Source of the DNA: Hyphomicrobiales bacterium
GTDB lineage: Bacteria; Pseudomonadota; Alphaproteobacteria; Rhizobiales; JAJFHB01
Direction: 5' to 3'
DNA: 27,772 nt
NCBI GenBank assembly: GCA_051009775.1
Contig: JBPCWF010000778.1
Coordinates: 1 to 27,772, forward strand
Under the pieces are notes generated by a model, which was not told the DNA's origin, searched no databases, and saw nothing but the letters and a program-made list of their open reading frames with translations. This document shows, piece by piece, positions 8,444-16,118 of the stretch (the stretch's first letter is position 1; each line of letters starts with the position of its first letter). Made by a program: the position numbers and the translations under genes.

Positions 8444-9409
8444 TCAGGTTCCCGCCGGACCGGACGCGGATCCGCGCTTGCGCAGACCGAAACCGAGTTC
8501 GGCGACCCCGAGGCCGGCGAGCAGAACCGCCGCCAGCCAGTTGAATACGAAGACCGCCAGATAGGCGGTCGCGAGCAGAAAGGCGCGCGCCGGATAGCCC
8601 CGCGTGATGTGATGCAGAACGGCCAGACCAAACACCGCGAAAACCGTGATCATCGATCCGGCAAACCCCTGGCCGATCAGTCCGAGTGCGCCCGGCAACA
8701 GGGTCGCGCCAAGGCTTGCCGCCAGACCGGCAAGGGCCATGCGCGGAAATTCGATGTCCGGGAAGGGCGGCCATGGCCGCATCGAGCGCCCCGAGACATC
8801 CAGCACCTTGGCCGCAAGCCACAGATTGCCCATGATCAAGAGCATCCAGACGCTGGTGGCGAAGCTCGGCACCATGCGCACCAGGAAATCGACCAGCGGC
8901 TCGATGCCGCCGGCCTGCTCGAACTGGGCCCTGAGTTCGGGCTGGGCTTTGAGCCAGAGTTCGGAAAACTGCCGTATCGCCTCGCGGAACGCCGCCGCAT
9001 CCATGCCGGACAGCACGATCGAGACGGCCATCAGGGCGGGCGACAGCACCGCGCACCACAGCACGAGCCGTCCGAGCGGATACCATTCGACCTGTTGCGC
9101 GGCGCCGTCCTGCGATGCGTCGGACGACCTCGACAGAAGCGCCAGATAGGACAGCACCACAGGAGCGACGGCGACGGAGATCACAAACGACAAGCCCGCC
9201 CTGGCGCCGAGGATCGCACCGGCCGCGACCGCGCCGGTGACGCCGCCGATAGCCGCCGTCACGGCACCCATGCTCAGTCCGGCGAGGAAAAGCGGCAGAG
9301 GCACGAGGAAGAACATCACAAACGACAGGAACGACACGCGTCCGGTCACGCCGAAAAGCAGCGCCGAAACGAGTCCGCAGCCGATGCCGATGATGGCGAA
9401 GTGCTTCAT
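8444..9409 (-). CDS. DUF2232/YybS-family polytopic membrane protein
   Basis: Multiple hydrophobic segments, EWYPLGRLVLW and NLWLAAKV motifs, and the position between rpsR and rplI typical of this family. Confidence 0.75.
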   Translation of the reverse strand: MKHFAIIGIGCGLVSALLFGVTGRVSFLSFVMFFLVPLPLFLAGLSMGAVTAAIGGVTGAVAAGAILGARAGLSFVISVAVAPVVLSYLALLSRSSDASQDGAAQQVEWYPLGRLVLWCAVLSPALMAVSIVLSGMDAAAFREAIRQFSELWLKAQPELRAQFEQAGGIEPLVDFLVRMVPSFATSVWMLLIMGNLWLAAKVLDVSGRSMRPWPPFPDIEFPRMALAGLAASLGATLLPGALGLIGQGFAGSMITVFAVFGLAVLHHITRGYPARAFLLATAYLAVFVFNWLAAVLLAGLGVAELGFGLRKRGSASGPAGT

Positions 9410-9422
9410 CTCTCAAGCTGTC

Positions 9423-9466
9423 CCGCTTATTCAGCGGTTAGAGACGGGTCCGGGCCCGTCCCAACC
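9423..9466 (-). promoter_or_regulatory. Tandem overlapping stem-loops between rpsR and the DUF2232 gene
   Basis: mRNA sense GGTTGGGACGGG-CCCGGA-CCCGTCTCTAACC (12-bp stem, one bulge, one G-U), followed by CCGCT-GAATA-AGCGG sharing 2 nt. No U-tract. Confidence 0.5.
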
Positions 9467-9481
9467 TCTTAATTGGCGCGC

Positions 9482-9727
9482 CTATTTGATCAGGTAGGGC
9501 AGGAGTCCCAGGAACCGGGCCCGTTTGATCGCCTTGGCGAGTTCGCGTTGCTTCTTGGCGGATACCGCCGTGATCCGGCTCGGCACGATCTTGCCGCGCT
9601 CCGACACGTAGCGCTGCAGGAGCCGGACATCCTTGTAGTCGATCTTCGGCGAGCTATCGCTCGAAAACGGACAGGTCTTGCGCCGGCGGAAGAACGGCCG
9701 GCGGGACGGCGTTTGCTGCATGCTCAT
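9482..9727 (-). CDS. rpsR: 30S ribosomal protein S18
   Basis: [62 protein letters not shown] overlap with the rpsF stop. Confidence 0.99.
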   Translation of the reverse strand: MSMQQTPSRRPFFRRRKTCPFSSDSSPKIDYKDVRLLQRYVSERGKIVPSRITAVSAKKQRELAKAIKRARFLGLLPYLIK

Positions 9728-10272
9728 GACGCGTCCTCTTTTTTCTCGGTCTGTTGATCTGTGCCGGCTGCATCGGCGCTCTTGGCTTCGGCACCGTTGC
9801 CGGCCTTGCGGTCGTCGCTGCGGCCCGGGCGGTCGCCCCGGTCACGGTCACCCCGGTCACGGTCGCCCCGATCACGGTCACCCCGATCACGGTCACCCCT
9901 GTCCCGGTCGCCTCTGCCGCCGAAGCCCGGCCGGCGGTCGTCGCGGCCACCCCTGGAGCGCATCATCGCCGAGGGCTCTTCCTCAAGCTCGTCGACGCGC
10001 AGGGTCATGAACCGGATGACGTCTTCGTTGAGTTGCATCTGGCGCTCCATCTCCGCCACCGCCGCGTGCGGGGCGTCGATGTTCATCAGCGAATAATGTG
10101 CCTTGCGGTTTTTCTTGATCCGGTAGGTGAGGGACTTCAGCCCCCAGTATTCGGATTTGGAGATGGTGCCGCCGTTCTCTCCGACAACGGATTTGAACTG
10201 ATCCGTCAATGTCTCGACCTGAGCCGAAGACACGTCCTGGCGCACCAGAAACACGTGCTCGTATAATGGCAT
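9724..10272 (-). CDS. rpsF: 30S ribosomal protein S6 with (GDRDR)n tail
   Basis: [46 protein letters not shown]. Start at ATG 10272, with GGAAAGG upstream. Confidence 0.98.
   Translation of the reverse strand: MPLYEHVFLVRQDVSSAQVETLTDQFKSVVGENGGTISKSEYWGLKSLTYRIKKNRKAHYSLMNIDAPHAAVAEMERQMQLNEDVIRFMTLRVDELEEEPSAMMRSRGGRDDRRPGFGGRGDRDRGDRDRGDRDRGDRDRGDRDRGDRPGRSDDRKAGNGAEAKSADAAGTDQQTEKKEDAS
9829..9912 (-). repeat. 15-bp coding tandem repeat, 5.6 copies, encoding (GDRDR)5-GDR
   Basis: Units GGCGACCGGGACAGG / GGTGACCGTGATCGG x2 / GGCGACCGTGACCGG / GGTGACCGTGACCGG / GGCGACCGC. All differences between units are synonymous. Confidence 0.9.
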
Positions 10273-10360
10273 GTCTGCTAAGCCTTTCCACAATTCCAAT
10301 GTCCGATGCGCCGGCGCAGAGCCCCTCTTGAGCCCTTGAACAGATGGAAAGGCTCGTAGG
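10273..10360 (-). promoter_or_regulatory. Putative structured rpsF leader with anti-Shine-Dalgarno segment
   Basis: GAGCCTTTCCA (10355-10345) can pair with AAGGGCTC (10337-10330) or with TGGAAAGGCTT (10290-10280), which contains the SD. The palindrome TGCGCCGGCGCA (contains CCG) lies between them. Confidence 0.45.
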
Positions 10361-10564
10361 AAGGTTCTTCAAAAGAGCGGAAACACGGGAAGCCGGATCC
10401 GTTTCAGACCCTGCCGCATGGGCCAGCCCACACGGTCTTCCGTTCAGCCTCCGACCGGAGCTTCGAAGATCGCTGAGGGTTATAAGGAATTTCCGGTCGC
10501 AAGCAAGCGGTTTCTCAAAGCCCCGTGCGACCATGCGCGATTTCTGCAATTGGCGATTGTCCGC

Positions 10565-10592
10565 TTGACAGCCCGGTCCAAATCCGTATCTG
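10565..10592 (+). promoter_or_regulatory. Possible sigma70-type promoter for fabD-fabG
   Basis: Exact TTGACA at 10565-10570, 16-nt spacer, then TATCTG (lacks -7T), about 50 nt upstream of the fabD start. Confidence 0.35.
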
Positions 10593-10639
10593 TGGCCGCA
10601 CTTTCCGGACATCTCCCACCGCGCGAAGTAGACACCTCG

Positions 10640-11581
10640 ATGGCGATCGCATTCACATTTCCCGGCCAGGGCAGCCAGCATGTCGGCATGGGCGAGGAGC
10701 TCGCCAAGGCGTTCGCGCCTGCGCGCGAAACCTTCCAGGAGATCGACGACGCCTTGTCCCAGCATCTCTCCAAAGTCATGTGGCAGGGCCCGGAAGACGA
10801 ACTGATACTGACCGAGAACGCCCAGCCCGCGCTGATGGCGGTGAGCCTTGCGGTCATGCGCACGCTTGAACGCGAGGCCGGTCTCGATCTCGGCGCCACG
10901 GCGGCCTTCGTCGCCGGCCATTCGCTCGGCGAATATTCCGCGCTCGCCGCCGCCGGTGCGCTGACCGTGGCCGATACCGCGCGCCTGCTCAAACTCCGTG
11001 GCCAGGCCATGCAGCAGGCCGTGCCGGTGGGCGAGGGCGCCATGGCGGCCCTGCTCGGGCTCGATGTCGGGCAGGCTTTGGAGGTTGCGCGCGCAGCCGC
11101 GCGCGATCAGGTGTGCGACGCCGCCAACGATAACGCGCCGGGTCAGGTGGTCGTGAGCGGCAACAGGGAAGCGGTCGAGCGTGCGGTCGATCTGGCCAAG
11201 GAAGCCGGCGCCAAGCGCGCCGTGCTGCTGCCCGTCAGCGCGCCGTTCCACTGCAGCCTGATGCAGCCCGCAGCCGATGTCATGGCCGAGGCGCTGGAAG
11301 CCGCCACGTTCGGTGCGCCCGCCGTGCCGCTTGTCGCCAATGTCACCGCCTCGAGCCTGACCGAGCCCGCCGAGATCAGGCAGAAACTGGTCGAACAGGT
11401 CACCGGCATGGTGCGCTGGCGGGAATCGGTCGGTTTTATGGTGGAGAACGGCGTGTATACGCTGTACGAGCTCGGTGCGGGCAAGGTATTGAGCGGACTG
11501 GCGCGCCGTATCCATCGCGATGCGACCGCGGTGCCGGTCGGCACGCCGGCGGACATCGAAGCGGCGGCTGACGCGTTTTGA
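10640..11581 (+). CDS. fabD: Malonyl-CoA:ACP transacylase
   Basis: AFTFPGQGSQ, TENAQPAL, GHSLGEYSAL, ANDNAPGQVVVSG, VSAPFHC, ELGAGKVLSGL. Start reassigned to ATG 10640. Confidence 0.97.
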   Translation: MAIAFTFPGQGSQHVGMGEELAKAFAPARETFQEIDDALSQHLSKVMWQGPEDELILTENAQPALMAVSLAVMRTLEREAGLDLGATAAFVAGHSLGEYSALAAAGALTVADTARLLKLRGQAMQQAVPVGEGAMAALLGLDVGQALEVARAAARDQVCDAANDNAPGQVVVSGNREAVERAVDLAKEAGAKRAVLLPVSAPFHCSLMQPAADVMAEALEAATFGAPAVPLVANVTASSLTEPAEIRQKLVEQVTGMVRWRESVGFMVENGVYTLYELGAGKVLSGLARRIHRDATAVPVGTPADIEAAADAF

Positions 11582-11590
11582 GGTGGGAAC

Positions 11591-12328
11591 ATGTTTGATC
11601 TGTCCGGCAAGTCGGCACTTGTGACCGGGGCGAGCGGCGGCATCGGCGCGGCCATCGCCCGGGTACTGCACGGCCAGGGCGCGGCGGTCGCGCTGTCGGG
11701 AACCCGCGAGGATGCGCTCGAGGCGCTGCGCGCCGAGCTCGGCGAGCGCGCGCATGTCTGCGCCTGCAACCTGTCCGATCCGGACGCGGTAGCGGGCCTC
11801 GTGTCGGCGGCCGAGGAGGCCATGGGCGCGGTCGACATTCTGGTCAACAATGCCGGCCTCACCCGAGACAATCTCGCGCTGCGCATGAAGGACGAGGAGT
11901 GGGAGACCGTGCTGGCGGTCAATCTGACCGCGTCGTTCCGGCTCGCGCGGGCAGCCTTGCGCGGCATGATGAAACGCCGATGGGGCCGGATCATCTCCAT
12001 AACGTCCGTGGTCGGCGTCACCGGCAATCCGGGCCAGGCGAACTACGCCGCGTCGAAGGCGGGCATGATCGGCATGACCAAGTCGCTTGCCCAGGAAATA
12101 GCCAATCGCGGCGTGACCGTGAACTGTGTCGCCCCGGGCTTTGTTTCGACCGCCATGACCGATGCTCTGGGCGATGCCCAGCGTGACGCGATCCTGGCCA
12201 GGGTTCCGGCCGGCCGGCTCGGAGAACCGGCCGAAGTCGCTTCGGCGGTGACCTTTCTGGCGAGCGAAGAAGCCGCCTATGTGACCGGCCAGACGCTTCA
12301 TGTGAACGGCGGAATGGCGATGATTTAG
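11591..12328 (+). CDS. fabG: 3-oxoacyl-ACP reductase
   Basis: TGASGGIG, LVNNAGLTRD, GNPGQANYAASKAG (YxxxK), NCVAPGF, TGQTLHVNGG; lies in the fab cluster. Confidence 0.97.
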   Translation: MFDLSGKSALVTGASGGIGAAIARVLHGQGAAVALSGTREDALEALRAELGERAHVCACNLSDPDAVAGLVSAAEEAMGAVDILVNNAGLTRDNLALRMKDEEWETVLAVNLTASFRLARAALRGMMKRRWGRIISITSVVGVTGNPGQANYAASKAGMIGMTKSLAQEIANRGVTVNCVAPGFVSTAMTDALGDAQRDAILARVPAGRLGEPAEVASAVTFLASEEAAYVTGQTLHVNGGMAMI

Positions 12329-12339
12329 TAAGGAGATCA

Positions 12340-12367
12340 GGGCATTGGGCGCTTCTGGCCAATGCCC
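12340..12367. promoter_or_regulatory. Perfect 9-bp inverted repeat between fabG and acpP
   Basis: GGGCATTGG-N10-CCAATGCCC with no U-tract. Confidence 0.4.
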
Positions 12368-12520
12368 GAAAAGTGTGATAGGAAGCGCCGGGCTTTCCGG
12401 GAAACCGGGCTAGAATCCTGGAGGGGGCATTTCAGGCGACCGAACGTTCAGAAACGTTGGACAGAGCTTGACCCTTCGGCGGCGTGTGGAGCCAATACGT
12501 AAGACTTGAGGATAACGGAT

Positions 12521-12757
12521 ATGAGCGATATCGCAGAACGCGTCAAAAAAATTGTGGTGGAGCATCTTGGCGTGGAGACCGACAAGGTGGCCGAAGCAGC
12601 GAGCTTCATTGACGATCTCGGCGCCGACAGCCTTGATACGGTCGAGCTTGTGATGGCGTTCGAGGAGGAATTCGGGATCGAGATTCCAGACGACGCGGCC
12701 GAGACGATTCAAACCGTGGGCGACGCGGTGAAGTTCATCGAATCGAATTCTGCTTAA
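12521..12757 (+). CDS. acpP: Acyl carrier protein
   Basis: [18 protein letters not shown], phosphopantetheine site [19 protein letters not shown]; GAGG upstream. Confidence 0.98.
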   Translation: MSDIAERVKKIVVEHLGVETDKVAEAASFIDDLGADSLDTVELVMAFEEEFGIEIPDDAAETIQTVGDAVKFIESNSA

Positions 12758-12888
12758 CTCCCTCCTCATCGTTTTGGCGGGCACGCGCCCTGGGCACGGG
12801 ATCGACCGCCGGTCCGGGGTATAATGGGCGTGCCGATTCGCTATTGCATCGGCCGAAAGCGGCGTAACACTGTCAGCGGAGCATCCCA

Positions 12889-14154
12889 ATGCGACGCGTT
12901 GTAATCACCGGTACCGGAATGGTCACGCCGCTCGCCTGCGGCGTAGAGGAGACCTGGCAGCGTCTTATTGCCGGGCACAACAGCGCCCGGAAGATCGAGA
13001 CCTTCGAGGTTTCTGACATTGCCGCCAAGATCGGCTGCCCGATCCCGCGCGGTGACGGCTCCGACGGCACCTACGATCCCGACCAGTGGATGGAGCCCAA
13101 GGAGCAGCGCCGCGTCGACGAGTTCATCGTTTACGCCATGTGCGCGGCGGTGCAGGCGATCGAGGATTCCGGCTGGAAGCCCGAAGCCTATGAGGATCAG
13201 ATCCGGTCCGGCGTGATGATCGGGTCAGGCATCGGCGGTCTGATCGGCATCGAGCAGACCTCGTTGATCCTGGCCGAGAAGGGGCCGCGCCGCGTCAGTC
13301 CGTTCTTCATTCCCGGCCGGCTGATCAATCTTGCCTCGGGCTACGTGTCGATCCGCTACGGCCTCAAGGGGCCCAACCACTCGGTCGTCACTGCCTGTTC
13401 CACCGGCGCTCATGCCGTTGGCGACGCATCGCGGCTGATCGGGCTCGGAGATGCCGATGTCATGGTCGCCGGCGGCGCCGAAGCCGCCCTGTGCCGGCTC
13501 AGCCTGGCCGGCTTTGCGGCCTGCAAGGCGCTGTCCACCCATTTCAACGACGAGCCCGAACGCGCGTCGCGGCCCTATGACAAGGATCGCGACGGCTTCG
13601 TCATGGGCGAGGGCGCCGGCGTCGTGGTGCTTGAAGAGCTCGACCATGCACTGGCGCGCGGCGCAAAGATCTATGCCGAGGTCATCGGCTACGGGCTGTC
13701 CGGGGATGCCTATCATATCACCGCGCCGTCGTCCGACGGTGACGGCGGCTTTCGTTCGATGCAAGCCGCGGTCGGCCGCGCCGGGATCGGGCCCGGGGAC
13801 ATCGACTATGTGAACGCCCACGGCACATCGACGCCGCTCGGCGACGAGATCGAACTCGGCGCCGTGGAACGTCTGTTCGACGGCAAGGTCGACCACCTCT
13901 CCATGTCGTCGACCAAGTCGGCGATCGGGCATTTGCTGGGAGCGGCGGGCGCGGTCGAGACGATTTTTTCAATTCTTGCAATTCGTGATAATGTTGCGCC
14001 GCCGACGCTAAATCTTGATAATCCCTCTGTTGGAACCGGCATAGACCTTGTTCCGCATGAAGCAAGAAAAAGGGAGATCAACACAGTGTTGTCAAATTCG
14101 TTCGGCTTTGGTGGGACCAACGCCTCGTTGATCTTCCGGCGCTACCAGGACTGA
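12889..14154 (+). CDS. fabF: 3-oxoacyl-ACP synthase II
   Basis: Cys-His-His triad motifs TACSTG, NAHGTST and KSAIGHLLGAAG; C-terminal SNSFGFGGTNASL. Confidence 0.98.
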   Translation: MRRVVITGTGMVTPLACGVEETWQRLIAGHNSARKIETFEVSDIAAKIGCPIPRGDGSDGTYDPDQWMEPKEQRRVDEFIVYAMCAAVQAIEDSGWKPEAYEDQIRSGVMIGSGIGGLIGIEQTSLILAEKGPRRVSPFFIPGRLINLASGYVSIRYGLKGPNHSVVTACSTGAHAVGDASRLIGLGDADVMVAGGAEAALCRLSLAGFAACKALSTHFNDEPERASRPYDKDRDGFVMGEGAGVVVLEELDHALARGAKIYAEVIGYGLSGDAYHITAPSSDGDGGFRSMQAAVGRAGIGPGDIDYVNAHGTSTPLGDEIELGAVERLFDGKVDHLSMSSTKSAIGHLLGAAGAVETIFSILAIRDNVAPPTLNLDNPSVGTGIDLVPHEARKREINTVLSNSFGFGGTNASLIFRRYQD

Positions 14155-14197
14155 TCGCAGACCGAGACCAGCGCCGGGACGGGAGTTTGCCGAGAAA

Positions 14198-16012
14198 ATG
14201 ACCGGCGAGTTCGATAATCAGGACGACAACCGTCAGCCGCGCATGCCGTTACCGGAGCACCTGAGAGGGCGCGAGGTCGCGGCAGGGCCGGCGGAAATGC
14301 GCGCGCCGCAGGACGTGCGTCCGCGTGAAGATGTGCGGGTGCCCGAAGCCAAGGGCCGGCGGCGCAGCATGGTAAGCCGGCTCGGCGGTATGCTGACCGG
14401 ACTTGCCCTGTTCTGCATTCTGGCGCTCGCAGGCGCTGCCGGAGCCTATTACTACGGCAATGCCCGGTTCGAAGCGCCCGGTCCGCTGGCCGCGGAGAAG
14501 TCGATTCTGATCAAGCGCGGGCAGAGCAGCCGGGCGATTGCCGCGGCGCTGGCGCGGGAGGGCTTCATCTCCCATGACAAACTGTTTCTGCTCGGGCTGT
14601 TCGTGCACGACGCCAGCGGCAAGCTCAAAGCCGGCGAATACGAGATCGCGGCCGGCACCAGCATGCGCCGCATCATGGACATGCTGGTCCAGGGCAAGGC
14701 GATCCAGCACAAGATCACCGTGCCGGAAGGCCTGACCACGATGCAGATCATACGCCGGATCGAGGACCATCCGATCCTTGAGGGCAAGATCGAGCAGGTC
14801 GTCGCCGAAGGATCGCTTTTGCCGGACACCTATACCTTCCCGCGCGGCACAACCCGCCAGGACGTCGTAAAGCTCATGCAGGCGGCGCAGACGGCCTTTA
14901 TGGAGAAGGCGTGGGCGCAGCGCGCCAAGGGCCTGCCGGTGAAGAAGCCCTATGAGGCGCTGATCCTGGCCTCGATCGTCGAGAAGGAAACCGCGCTGGC
15001 GCGCGAGCGCGGCAGGGTGGCGGGTGTTTTCGTCAACCGCATGAGACGCCGGATGCGGCTGCAGTCAGATCCGACGATCATCTACGGCCTTGTCGGCGGA
15101 AAGGGCTCGCTGAAGCGCCCGCTGACCAAGGCCGACATCGCCAAGGAAACGAAATACAACACCTACCGGATCGACGGTCTGCCGCCGACGCCGATCGCCA
15201 ATCCGGGCCGGGCCGCGATCGAAGCGGTCCTCAACCCGCCTCGCACCAAGGATATCTATTTCGTCGCCGACGGCACGGGCGGGCATGCCTTCGCGCCGAC
15301 CCTCAACGAGCACAATCGCAACGTTGCCAACTGGCGCAAGATCGAGCGTGAAAGGCGCAAGGCCGAGAAGGCCAAGGAAGAGGCCGTTGCTGCGGGCTCC
15401 TCCGAACCTTCGACCGGTTCGGAGAAAGAGCCGGCGCCTGATACCGCCACGGCCGAAGCCGACACGCCGGCGCCCGCCGCGATCATTACCGAGACCGTAC
15501 CCCAGACCGGCGCGGACGTGCAGACCGGAACCGTCACGAAGACGCCGGCCGCGGAACCTTCGACCTCGGTCATCGCCAAGACCCAGCCCGGTTGGCAGCA
15601 CACGCAGATCGAGAAGAACTCCACCCAGGAGCAGCCGCAGCAGCCGGAACAGACGGCCGCAGCAGCGCCGGAACCCGAACCTGCTCCGGCCGTGCCCAGC
15701 GGGCCGGCCCTCAGCATCCTGCAGGAAGAGCCCGTCGTACCGCGCAAGAAACCCGAGCCGCAGCCCGCCGCCAAGGATGCGCCGGGGACGGCCGAGCCTG
15801 CGCCGCAGCGCCTTGTCCTGAAAAACGTGCCTCTGCCGCGGCCCAAGCCAACACCGCCAGGTCAGCAGTCGAGCCAGGATGACAGCGTAACGGACGACGG
15901 TGAAGCGCTGGCCGTCACGACCCCGGAGCCTGATCCGGTGCCGGAAGCGGTGCCGGCCAGGTCGCCCGCGGCGCCGCGACCGGCACTTCAGCCCGGCGCG
16001 AACCTGAAATAG
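14198..16012 (+). CDS. mltG: Endolytic transglycosylase MltG (YceG family) with long low-complexity C-terminal extension
   Basis: Single TM helix, LKAGEY, VPEG, EGSLLPDTY, LASIVEKET (catalytic Glu), RLQSDPT, YNTYRIDGLPPTPIANPG, YFVADGTGGHAF. Confidence 0.95.
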   Translation: MTGEFDNQDDNRQPRMPLPEHLRGREVAAGPAEMRAPQDVRPREDVRVPEAKGRRRSMVSRLGGMLTGLALFCILALAGAAGAYYYGNARFEAPGPLAAEKSILIKRGQSSRAIAAALAREGFISHDKLFLLGLFVHDASGKLKAGEYEIAAGTSMRRIMDMLVQGKAIQHKITVPEGLTTMQIIRRIEDHPILEGKIEQVVAEGSLLPDTYTFPRGTTRQDVVKLMQAAQTAFMEKAWAQRAKGLPVKKPYEALILASIVEKETALARERGRVAGVFVNRMRRRMRLQSDPTIIYGLVGGKGSLKRPLTKADIAKETKYNTYRIDGLPPTPIANPGRAAIEAVLNPPRTKDIYFVADGTGGHAFAPTLNEHNRNVANWRKIERERRKAEKAKEEAVAAGSSEPSTGSEKEPAPDTATAEADTPAPAAIITETVPQTGADVQTGTVTKTPAAEPSTSVIAKTQPGWQHTQIEKNSTQEQPQQPEQTAAAAPEPEPAPAVPSGPALSILQEEPVVPRKKPEPQPAAKDAPGTAEPAPQRLVLKNVPLPRPKPTPPGQQSSQDDSVTDDGEALAVTTPEPDPVPEAVPARSPAAPRPALQPGANLK

Positions 16013-16118
16013 TCCCGGTCCGGGATCTCCGTGCGGACATGGAGAAATCTGCGGATTTCATGTAAATTGGGCTGACTGCCGCAACCGATTCTCTCTGCTT
16101 CAGGATCGATTCCCGACA

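Noticed and set aside
9829-9912. Repeat array as CRISPR, or repeated RGD as integrin-binding motifs
   Set aside because: There are no spacers and the repeat is in-frame coding sequence of a cytoplasmic ribosomal protein; RGD arises by chance from the GDRDR unit.
10282-10291. CTTTCCACA as a DnaA box
   Set aside because: Two mismatches to TTATCCACA, isolated, and explained by the rpsF SD on the opposite strand.
12820-12825. Exact TATAAT upstream of fabF
   Set aside because: No plausible -35 at 16-18 nt and no TG extension; not supportable without TSS data.
10640-14154. fab cluster lacking plsX/fabH, or being a PKS-like biosynthetic cluster
   Set aside because: fabD-fabG-acpP-fabF-mltG-yicC-gmk is the standard primary-metabolism arrangement in this group.
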